Assembly (NCBI RefSeq): GCF_006345805.1
Contig: NC_043008.1
Location: forward strand, 3,844,001-3,908,000
From: Octopus sinensis
Lineage: Eukaryota
Direction of reading: 5' to 3'
Length of the DNA stretch: 64,000 nt
Made by a program: the position numbers and the translations under genes. Positions 53,761 to 64,000 of this stretch are shown here, in pieces; the stretch's first letter is position 1, and every line of letters starts with the position of its first letter. A model generated the notes under the pieces. The model was not told the origin of the DNA, made no database searches, and saw only the letters and a list, made by a program, of their open reading frames with translations.

Positions 53761-54589
53761 ACTCTATGAATAAGGTTTATATGAATGTAGAAGCGATTTG
53801 GTTTGCTTTTGTACGGCGATCAGTCGCCGTGTGAAAGAGAAAGTGCTTCTGTTTTACAGCATCCTTTGCTCTCACGTTTCAGCGACAAACTCTAAAGAAA
53901 ATACGAGAATATGTATGAATGCATATTTATTGCAACGAGTCGTTTGTATAGAAGTATATACGTTGGCGCCTTTAGGAGTTGTATGTGTATGAGTGTGTAT
54001 GTTTTCTGCTGGTTTCAGTCTTTAAAATGAGACCATGCTGGGGGGGGGGGGTCGGTATTTAATGTTCTTGCATTATATATGCATGTATGCATATATAATA
54101 AGATTTTGCATAGGCAGAGCGATATTAATAACCGGGTGAAAGAAGTGGGTATACATATGCTTGAGAAAAAAAGCGTTCGGTGAATACAGAGTGTAATGTG
54201 AAATTAAAGGGGAAGAAACTTGCGTAATTCCTGTTTTCTTCACATTTCTTTAATTTTATATATACGCGTGTGTGTATTATACATACGTACACATAGATAG
54301 ATAGAAAGACAGGCAGACAGGCAGACAGCCGGACGGACAGACAGACAGACGGACAGACGTCACTTATGTACAAAATAAAGATACATATATGAATAATACG
54401 ATAACGAAAGGATCAGACTGATGTGACAAATTATGTTTTTCTTTATTCATTATTCTGGATCAGATAATTAACTGGCAGAACAAATTTTACATCAATGTTG
54501 CCAGCAGTTTTGTAAACTAATGAGAAAGCCTGCACGCTGATAAGTAATACTAATTTCATTACTAACATTAAATCAATTAATATTTATTT

Positions 54590-54870
54590 AATTTCGGACA
54601 TTAATATTAATTATGAACCTGAATTACTGGCGGTATTTTGGGGAAATATTGTTCTCAAAGCTATTTCTTCGGTGTTGAAAAGTTTTCAGTGACTCATTGT
54701 AAAAGATTCTTCGACAGGGTCATTAATCAAATTTTCTATCCCGAAAAGTCAATGTTCAATAAATCTATTATTACCATTCTTCTGTGATCCTGTTGTTGAA
54801 AAGTCTATTGAGAAGCGTTTTCCAACAAAGGATATATCAAACTATGTTGTCTGTAGGGTCTTCCGAGTTA
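54590..54870 (-). mobile_element. Possible decayed Helitron PIF1-helicase fragment
   Basis: NSEDPTDNIV..FNNRI..PCRRIFYN..EEIALRTIFP weakly recalls the Helitron DP..IV..F.NRAIL..PGE..Y.S...YP region. Confidence 0.25.
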
Positions 54871-54964
54871 AAATTTTATGAATTTGCAGTCTTTAAGAGA
54901 TGGAGTTGAGACAGGGAAACAGAGAATCACAGTGACAGGCAGAAACAAAGCGAGGGAGACAGAC

Positions 54965-54999
<35 letters not shown>

Positions 55000-55441
55000 C
55001 AGACAGACAGGGAAAGAAGAGAGAGAAATGGTAAATGCTGCTTGTAAAAATCAATTAATAGTTATGTTTGCCAGTCACAAATGGTCATCGAAGTTTGGAC
55101 ACTCGCCTCACATCACTGACATGTCCGCTTCTTTAAAGAACTCTTGTCTAAAATTGTTGACATAAAGCGCCTATGTCTTTCTGTATGTATTCATATACAC
55201 ACACACAAATACACCCACACACACATATACACACGCCCACACACATACACACACCCACACACACACACATATTATAATAGTAATTATAATGCATGTGTGT
55301 ACGTGCACGTGTGCGCGCGTGTGTTAATATGATAGCAGTAAAAATCTATTGAGCAGTTTTAAAGTTATCATCATACGCTTTGCAAACGTTATGAGCAGCT
55401 CGAAAAAAATGAAGGCGCGCGCGTATATCTGAGTATTTGTA

Positions 55442-56322
55442 CGTGGTCTGATCAATAAGTAGCCGGACTATTGTCATAGTAACGAAGCTAAAACACGCAA
55501 AGTGATGCCGCTTGACACAGATTGACCTTGAACACTGCCGTGCACGTGCACTAAGTTTTAAGGGGCTAGGTAACTTCCGCCGTTTACAGCAGTGCTTAGA
55601 AGGAAGGTGTGTAGCGTGTGATCGTCGCATTGAACATGATAGAGAAAGTTGAGCAGAGAATCTGAAATTTTGCCAAAAGCTTGGGGATACCTGCTCAGAA
55701 GCCTACGCAAAGTTTTAAAAAGTTTTCATCGTTCTCGACACAATCAAGGAGATCTTGTGGAACTGAAACCCGAGTATCATTTTGGTTAGCTGAAAGCAGT
55801 TTTGGCACAAACTTGGGAGACACGTCTCATACCCAAATCTTCAGTGATAATGGACTGAACTGAACCGTAACTAATCTGCACATCCTCTCATAACTCACGG
55901 ATGGTCATTCGACAATTTCCCCTTGCAACTGCATGCACATCTGCGATGTTTTCCTCAATTCTACCGGTTGTGGGTCTCCTAGAACGTTCGACCATATCGA
56001 CATTTTTTCAGCCATCTTGGAAATGTCTGAACCACTCGTACACTTGTATGTGGCTCATACACTCCTCTCCATACACTTTCTGCAATTTTGTGTTGGCCTC
56101 TGAGTAGGTATCGCCATGACAATTTTCTCTGTCATGATCAATGCGACGATCACACGCTACACACCTTCCTTCCAAGCACTGCTGTAAACAGCAGAAGTGC
56201 GCTAGAACGTTAAAACTTAGCGCATATACACAGCAGGGTTCAAGGTCAATCTTTGCCAAGCAGCTTCACGATGCGTGCTTTAGCTTCGTTACTATGGCAA
56301 CATCCTTATTGATCAGACCTCG
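55442..56322. mobile_element. Fold-back mariner derivative made of two 5' ends (881 bp)
   Basis: Left TA|CGTGGTCTGATCAATAAG; right CTTATTGATCAGACCTCG|TT. The inversion extends about 250 bp. The minus arm translates to GDTYSEANTKLQKVYGEECMSHIQVYEWFRHFQDG..RPTT..ISYGSVQSIITEDLGMRRV..DENFLKT. Confidence 0.92.
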
Positions 56323-57009
56323 TTTGTATGCATGTGAGAATGTTTATATAATCATATATTCATACATGCACACTCGCACACACTTGTATGTGTGTGTGTC
56401 TGAGTGAGAGTGTATTTTTGTAAGTGTGTGTGCGTGTATTTATGTATGTGTGTGTGTGCGCGCGCGTGTTTCAGTTGAAGTTAGATCTATGCAAATAGAA
56501 AACTTGCATTGACAACTTGTGTAGGATAAAAGCAGACACAGTTATGAGACTGTAGCATTTTTGCTTGTATTTTTTTTTTTTTTTGTTTCCAGTGATAGCG
56601 AAAAACTATTTTTAACTGTGATTGTTGTTTTTCATCTTTCTACATGAAGTCAACTCTGCTCGAACCTGGAGTCAATATCAAACTAACCGTAACCAACCCG
56701 TCATTTTGAAACAAATAAAGAATAAATTATTTCCTGTGTCTTTCCATGTTTTGGAAGTGGGAAATATGACTTGGGAGAAATATGTTTATTATTTTGCTGA
56801 AGGTCGAGCGAGCAACCTAACTTTCCTGCGTAGATTTGTCTGTGTTTTATGTTGTGTGTAGTTTTGCCAGGGTATAAATGGATATAAACGTTTTCGAAGA
56901 GCTTCTTGGACACCATAACGCAGTTGCAGAAAAGGAAAAGCAACGATAAATCAAAATTAAATACATGTTTGTGGTTTGCTTCAGCGAAAGATAAACACAC
57001 AGTTAAATC

Positions 57010-57225
57010 TCCTTCAAAGAAGTACGTTGTACTATCTATTCCAGCCTGTGAGGTTTGAGACGTTTGGAGGGGTTGGACCGCGAGCAGCAAAGTTTTTGTC
57101 ATCGCTGGCGGCTCACCCTACCGAGGCGTCAGGTTATGCCCGTGAGGGTGCTTGGCTGTTCTAAAGCTTTAGCCCCGTGATAACACTCCGAGTGTGTTGG
57201 CTTGCTTCGGTAGGTTACGTTGAAC
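57010..57225 (+). mobile_element. 3' end of a restriction-like-endonuclease (CRE-like) non-LTR retrotransposon ORF
   Basis: YLFQPVRFETFGGVGPRAAKFLSSLAAHPTEASGYAREGAWLF*, then (shifted) NTPSVLAC. Matches the F.P.A.ET.G..G...F...L......RE..WL.QR.S.A..RGN..S C-terminus of CRE-type elements. Confidence 0.7.
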
Positions 57226-57398
57226 CTTGTGGTGTGAGACTAATTGAGGTACTTGGTGTTGAATTGATGTTTTTCCTTTTTACTTTCATTCTTTTGTTGT
57301 TTTTTTCCTTTCTGATTTTTTTTTTGATTTTTTTCTTTCTTGTTCTTGTACTTTTTTTCCATTTTTACTATAACTATTGCTTAACCATTTTCTCGCAC

Positions 57399-57448
57399 GG
57401 TCTCCGATGAAGGGATATATAAAATATCCCGGAAACTGCTCTAAGACC
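57399..57448 (+). ncRNA. Type I hammerhead-like fold
   Basis: GGTCT-CCGATGA-A-GGGATAT ataaa ATATCCC-G-GAAA-CTGCTC-TA-AGACC: perfect 5-bp stem I and 7-bp stem II; U4 is C; stem III looks like a decayed ACAGCTGT palindrome. Confidence 0.55.
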
Positions 57449-57715
57449 TTCTCTTTATAAATGTTCTGAAATCTTTCACAGCCTTGGATTTTTATCTCAT
57501 TCTGTTAATTTTTTATATATACACATGCTGATAAATGACCTACGTTGGACTCCTCATTCGCATAATCACCGAACCTGGAGCTTAACTATAGTCTGTCCAT
57601 AGTACTTACTCAGCATTACCTGACACCTTGGGTCTTATTGATACCATTACCTCTAATAACCTATATATATATATATATATATCTGTATACTTACGTACAT
57701 ACACTCATATACAAA

Positions 57716-57768
<53 letters not shown>

Positions 57769-58568
57769 CAAGTAAATAGATAGGCAGGTAGAGTATTTGA
57801 AACAACATCGTGATGCATTTGGAGGTAACAGTTTACGAAAACGCTATTCGGATAAAAGTATGCAAATTTCAGGATGTACGTATATGATGTAGAGATGAAA
57901 AATGAATCAAGATCTACACATTAAGATAATCATATCTATATAATGCAGACATCCGTCAAGAGTTCTCACATTAATAATGTTCACCATGGGGCAGAGAACA
58001 GCGTTTAAAACTTCCGTAGCTTATATACAAGATATCGCTGTTTTCAAAGCGTAATTGGTACAAAGTGTAAGCGAAAAGAAAACAAGAATGCTTCGGAAAG
58101 ACCTTACTTGAAATACTGTCCGAATATACAATTATACACATGCCATACACAATAAAAATTTTATACAGACTGTACGAGAAATCGTAATTGCATTCGACGT
58201 ATTTGGAAAACTATCATTCAATTCACTTTATATTATTTTCATAATACACGGTTGCTATTCACTACGAAGAAACTTTGACATCTAAAGAATTATGCCGAAC
58301 CGGATTAATAATTTGCAACCAATTTTAGCTGTGTTGCAGAACATATGGAAGATCGTATCTATCGTTTCAGCAGTAAGATCGAGGTTACAATTATCTTATT
58401 AGGAGAAAGATATTTTTGAAAATCGATGCCCAAATTGGACAGTATATATATATATATATATACATTCAATCATGAGTTGTCAAAAAGAGAGCCTCTTGAA
58501 AAGTATCATCATTAACATATATATATAAAATATATGGAAGCGTGTATTAATGTGCGTGTTTATACGTG

Positions 58569-58634
<66 letters not shown>

Positions 58635-58753
58635 ATATATTGTCACTAATTGTGACTAAGGGTGCCGAAGCACCTAGTCACAAATTTTTCCTTTGTGGTA
58701 TTATATTGCGCCTCGGTGTTTATATTAATTTATATATATATATATATATATAT

Positions 58754-58845
<92 letters not shown>

Positions 58846-58933
58846 CACAGACAGGTAGACAGGCATATAAGTACGGAGAGAAGGACACAGAGAGAGACAG
58901 ACAGACAGAAATATGTATAGAGATAAGCTTTCT

Positions 58934-58967
<34 letters not shown>

Positions 58968-59433
58968 TGTGTGTGTGTGAGTTTAGAGGCAAAGAGTGAA
59001 AGTAATTGGAGATATACAAGAGCACATGAATAATGTCAGTCTATGAAAATTCCGGCTTTTGATCGTTCGTCAAATTTATCTATGTATTACAAGAAAGGAA
59101 ATATTCATTTATGAAAGAATTTAAAGGACGGAAATCTTCAATAAATAAACTATTTATGTTTTAGCTTATCCCTTTAATCTCGTAACCAAAGTATACGCTT
59201 TTAATTCATTTTAAAGTATATATCTTATAATTTGTGTCATAAATAGGGTCCCTTTAAAATTGCATATCAATTGCTTTTAAGACCGATTTTCATATTATTT
59301 CCCCTTAAAATATTTCAAAGTTACGAGTTTTAATTCTTCCTCATTTATACCATTTGTTACCATTCTAGCTCTCGACATTTTGATTTGGTGCTTTGATATT
59401 TGGCATTCTTAAATTCTACCTTCAATTCAGTAT

Positions 59434-59472
<39 letters not shown>

Positions 59473-60326
59473 GGCGCCAATTTCCAATCACAAGATGAGA
59501 AGACGGAAAAAAGAAGGAAAATGGCATATTGCTCATACTTATACTGAGAATTATATATGTATGCATATTTCTCTCTCTCTGCACACACACACAGGCATGT
59601 ATGTGTGTGTGTGTATGTATGTATGTATGTATGTGTGTGTGTATAGCAAATGAATGGTAGAAGATGGAATATACAAGAATTTATTATTAATCACGACAAT
59701 TGTTTCAACGCATCTAGCATCGATTCCTCACGGGTGGGACACTCAACAACTGATTCAGGAGTCTCCGGTGGTGCAGATGTATCTCGTCGGGTGATAAATA
59801 AAGACAACTCGTTAAAATGTCTCTTCCGCAATATAACTTCCCGTTTTGTAGAGAGAAAAGCAGCCAGACGGGGGAAATATCCTCATTCATATAGAAGATC
59901 AAAAATAAAATTACAGAAGACAAAAAGGGAAGCGAACACGAAATCCAGCAAGAAAATTGTTTGAAATAACCGTTAACAGTTATGGGTGTATAAATGCCCT
60001 CGAGCAAGCTGCAAGTTGCGAGCACAACGCTCATAAAAGCATCCCCCAAAATGTGAACATGTGCACACGTGATCACAAAGCGAGTTATTTGTCAACTTGG
60101 TGTTTATAAGAATGGGGAGGTTAAAAGTAAACTCAAGTCATCCATACCTTAAAGTAAATTAAGTTAAGATAACGGTTACTCAAAATTCATTTTCACTGCA
60201 TCGTGCGAAAGTACATTTCTATGCGTGTAGGCATCTCGGGAGTCGTTCAGAAATTCTATTAATCATCTTCTCGTAAGTCCACAGAATAGACAGGGATTCC
60301 TCGGAGCGAGTATCTTCTACTATAGC

Positions 60327-60510
60327 TTGTGTGTGTGTTTGCCCCCATCGTTACCACTACCACCGCTTGACAACCGGTATTGCTGAGACTGTTATAATAA
60401 GTACTACTTCTTAAAAAAATAACTGGAGTCAATTCGTTCGACTAAATATTCAAGGCGGTGCCCCAGCATGGCTGCAGTCTAGTGACTAAAACAAGTAAAA
60501 AGATAAAGAG
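60327..60510 (+). mobile_element. SINE family A, 3' half
   Basis: GCTTGACAACCGG...AATAAGTAC...GGAGTCAATTCGTTCGACTAA...GGCGGTGCCCCAGCATGGCTGCAGTC...AAACAAGTAAAA. Confidence 0.8.
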
Positions 60511-61201
60511 AAAAAAACGATATAATTGATATACATGCAGGCATAATATATATACTCATACATATATGCATGCAGATAAATAGACAGAAAGAGTGCGATA
60601 GATAGATAGATAGATAGATAGATAGAAAGAGTGCGATAGGTAGGTAGGTAGATTCTGAGGTGGTGAGGGAGACGGGGAGTGAGACAGCAGTCATGTACGA
60701 ATTTGACGTACGTGTTCGTTTTTACTGGAATAGCTGATGTGACCATATTAATGATATTACCTTGCGGCAATCACGGTAAATGGAACCAAGATAGAAAACA
60801 TATTTGTTCAGAAGAAAAAGAAAAACAAAAAAAGGATACTTCGATTTTTTTTTATTCGTCTTAAAGGAGCAACTAAACTGAAAATGAAATAACGTTAATG
60901 TATAAGTACTTTGGAAATACGTGATACTTTTTGAAAATCTATTCGTCATTTGAAAATTCATTTTAAGTTTATCTGCCCTTACAATAACTTATACAAAGTT
61001 TATTTTCTTATTCCGATGTTGTAATTACAAAGTCATGTTTAGATACACATTAAAAACCGTTGGTTGAGTGTAGGAAGCATCCGTGATTATGTAATTGCAT
61101 CAGTTGATCTCTGTGGGGAAAAGAGAATCTTCTACGTAGTCAGCAACCCAATATCTCGCAATTCGCACTCTACCATGTCAGTGTATAAGGATTTTAAAAA
61201 A

Positions 61202-62120
61202 TCAGGAAAATAATGATCATTCCAGATTTAACCTCAAAGCCAGTAATTTTTAGGGGGAGGGAATAGTCGAAAGAATCAGTCACCAATATGTAACAAGTAC
61301 TTTAATTTATCGTTTCTATAAGCATGAAAGGAAAGTCTGACATCGGTGGGATTCGAAATCAGAATCTGAAGAGCCGGAGTAAATTCTACAAAAGATTTTT
61401 CCGATGCTGCAACCCAATTATTGCCATTCAGCCTCACCCTTCCAATCAGTAAAATAATGAGGGTTTCAACTTTTGACACACAAGGTTAACAGCTTGGAAG
61501 GGGTTGGTATATAGCATCGACTCCAGTATTTAACTGGTACTCATTTTGTCGACCCTGGAGGGATGAAAGGCACATTGAGACCGGCAGAATTCGAACTCAA
61601 AATGTGACGAGTTGAAAGAAATAACTGTTAGCCATCTTTTCCGATACTCTAATGATTCTGCCACCTCGCAACCTTAGTCAGTAAAATAATTCTTTCCTCC
61701 TTTGAGGGGAGGGGTCGAGTTGAGTACATCTACCGAGTAACATGACTGGTACTATATTTTATCGAATTCGAAAGAATGAAGAGCAAAGTTGATCTCGGCG
61801 GAATTTGAACTCTGAATATAAATACCACAGAGCATTTTTTCCGACGCTCTTTCGATTCTGCTACTTTGTCGCTTTATCAAAGAATAACAATAGTTTCAAA
61901 TTTAGGCACAAGGCCACGTATTTCGCGGGAGAGAAAATCTGATTTTCTCAACTCCGGTGCTCAACTGGTACTTATTTGATCGACCCCGAAAGGATAAAAA
62001 GTAAAATTAGACTTCAGTGAAATTTGAACTGAGAACGTAAGAACCAACAAAATGCCGTTGAAGCTTTTTCCCCAGCGTGCCGACGATTCTGCCGACTCGC
62101 CGCCATAATCAAGAAAATAA
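61202..62120 (-). mobile_element. Four head-to-tail family B SINEs
   Basis: Units of about 200-245 bp, each with the GAA(T)TTGAACTC-type B-box and GATTCTGCC-type head on the plus strand, separated by TCAG(T/G)AAAATAAT-like junctions. Confidence 0.85.
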
Positions 62121-62135
62121 CAAGAAACCGATGAT

Positions 62136-62256
62136 AAATCGACGGTACCCAGCATGGCTGCAACCTCGGCCAAATGACTGAAATGAATAAAAGAGTAAAA
62201 GAACTAAAGATATATCAACGGTATCCCAGCATGGCCGCAGTTGTTGGTTAATAACT
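62136..62256 (+). mobile_element. Two tandem isolated family A / LINE 3' tails
   Basis: CGGTACCCAGCATGGCTGCA...GACTGAAA...AAAAGA and CGGTATCCCAGCATGGCCGCAG...AACTGAAAA...AAAAGA. Confidence 0.7.
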
Positions 62257-62766
62257 GAAAATAGTAAAAGAATCGCCATACACAATTGAAACGGAAGACA
62301 TTTATATATTTTATCGTGACATTTCATTAACCATGGTGATTTTGGTTATTGTTAGCCGGAAAAAACAACGACATTATTAAAATAAATAAATCAAAGCTGT
62401 ACATTAAAACATAAATAACTAATAGACAACAACAAAAATAATATAAATAAACAAAATATAATAAAGCAAAACTTGTAACTTAATTGAAGAAGCGGTGTAA
62501 AAATCAATGAAGACATTACATTGTTCTTTTAGTCAATGTTTAATTATGAAAAGTTTTTAATTGTCAATCATTTTTATGCTGTAAAGTTATTGTCGCGTTA
62601 TTTAATTATCCTTCAAATCCTATTTGTCCGACTTAATTGGCCGTTCACTGCCCCAAGCACTTCCTTATGAAAGATATTCGATCGTATTTTTTCAGCCATA
62701 TATTACGTCTTGCGCTACTCACTTAAAGAAAAATTTCCGTTAATAAAATATCGAGTTAAATGTACT

Positions 62767-62842
<76 letters not shown>

Positions 62843-63475
62843 TTATTATTATCATTATTATTATTATTATTATTATGAATCTTCTACGAGGCCTATTGAT
62901 ATATTGGAAAATAAGACAATATTTTCCGATCGTATATACTGATTATATTTGCATTATGAGAATTGCCATAATGATGATTTGAAAAATCAACAGTGGTTTG
63001 CCAAAGTGCGTTCTTAGTTCACGTCGTTTCAAGGTCAAATTTGTCGTTCATCCTTCCAGAGGTCGATAAAATAAAGTACCAGGCAAATATTATGGTCGAT
63101 TTATATTCTTCTTATGCAGCATAGATGGGAACAAAATTATAAGAACAGACCAACAAGACATAATGTAATTAAAGACACACGCACAAATACGCACACACAC
63201 GCATACACGCTCAAATACGCACGCGCACACACACACAAGTATATACACACAGTTCAGTCTATTTCTTAGCAACCACTCGACTTGGCAAGAATATTTCGCA
63301 AGTCTACCATTAAATCACTTTCCACTTTCTTGAAAAAGAAGGAAACAAATATTGAACAAGACATACAAAATAAGAACATAGTTACCTCTGCAATGTATTT
63401 CGCCTAGTGAATCGGGGTTTGCCATGAGCTGAACTACAACTTGCTTTTATACAAATATACACACTGAGCCTGATC

Positions 63476-63722
63476 TTCTTTTAGCGGTTATTTCTTTCAG
63501 TCATTGCGCAGTGGCCTGACCATAACACTGATTTAAGGGTTCTTAGTCGAACAAACTGGCCACAGTATACTTATTCTGTTGGTCTCATTTGCCGAACAGC
63601 GAAGTTACGGGGACGAAACTAACCAATGCCAGTTGACTTTGGGCAGATGTCTTCAGCTATAGTCCCGGACCGACCGAAGCTTATGAGTGGACTTGATAGA
63701 CGGAAGCTAAAACAATCCCGGC

Positions 63723-63768
<46 letters not shown>

Positions 63769-63903
63769 CTTTGTGCTCCCGCTTCGGGAGAAAGACAACA
63801 AAAAATGTAAAAATAAGTATAGAAGTATTTGTACAATTAAACAATTGAAGGCTCTGCTCCAGTATGGCCAAAATCCAATGAGTGAAACAAGTAAAAGATA
63901 AAA
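63476..63903. mobile_element. Family A 3' half on minus (about 63476-63635) joined to a family A core-to-tail copy on plus (about 63638-63903)
   Basis: TTTGCCGAACAGCGAAGTTACGGGGACG (minus); TTGGGCAGATGTCTTCAGCTATAG...GCTCCAGTATGGCC...GAAACAAGTAAAAG (plus). Confidence 0.75.
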
Positions 63904-64000
63904 TATACACGTATGTATGTGTGTGTGCATGCACGCACGCGTATGTGTAGCATACGAAACAAATAATGGATAAAGAAAACCATTATAAGAATAAGCTATC

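Noticed and set aside
59650-60076. Overlapping 104-aa (+) and 120-aa (-) non-repetitive ORFs
   Set aside because: No recognisable domain or convincing splice signals; possibly a decayed transposon, but I could not support a family.
61202-62120. CRISPR-like repeat-spacer reading of the junction array
   Set aside because: The spacers are homologous SINE copies of 200-245 bp in a eukaryotic context with no cas genes, and I saw no clear age polarity.

Overview
AT-rich, non-genic (intergenic or deep intronic) eukaryotic DNA, most likely from an octopus. That assignment rests on recalled resemblance of the SINEs to published octopus tRNA-derived SINEs and on the extreme density of (TA)n/(TG)n/(TATG)n/(GATA)n microsatellites; no database search was run. 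I found no host protein-coding gene, and nearly all ORFs in the track are microsatellite translations. The window holds: (i) many copies of three tRNA-derived SINE families (called A, B and C here); (ii) three mariner relics, including a 440-bp TIR-intact deletion derivative with an open DNA-binding-domain ORF and an 881-bp fold-back element built from two 5' ends; (iii) decayed RTE, Penelope-like and CRE-like retroelement fragments; (iv) a tRNA-Ser(AGA) pseudogene abutting two SINEs; (v) several minimal hammerhead-ribozyme-like folds, one of them about 180 nt downstream of a restriction-like-endonuclease ORF end; (vi) an exact 205-bp local duplication and a four-unit SINE array punctuated by a recurring 13-bp junction. 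All alignments, translations and folds were done by eye.
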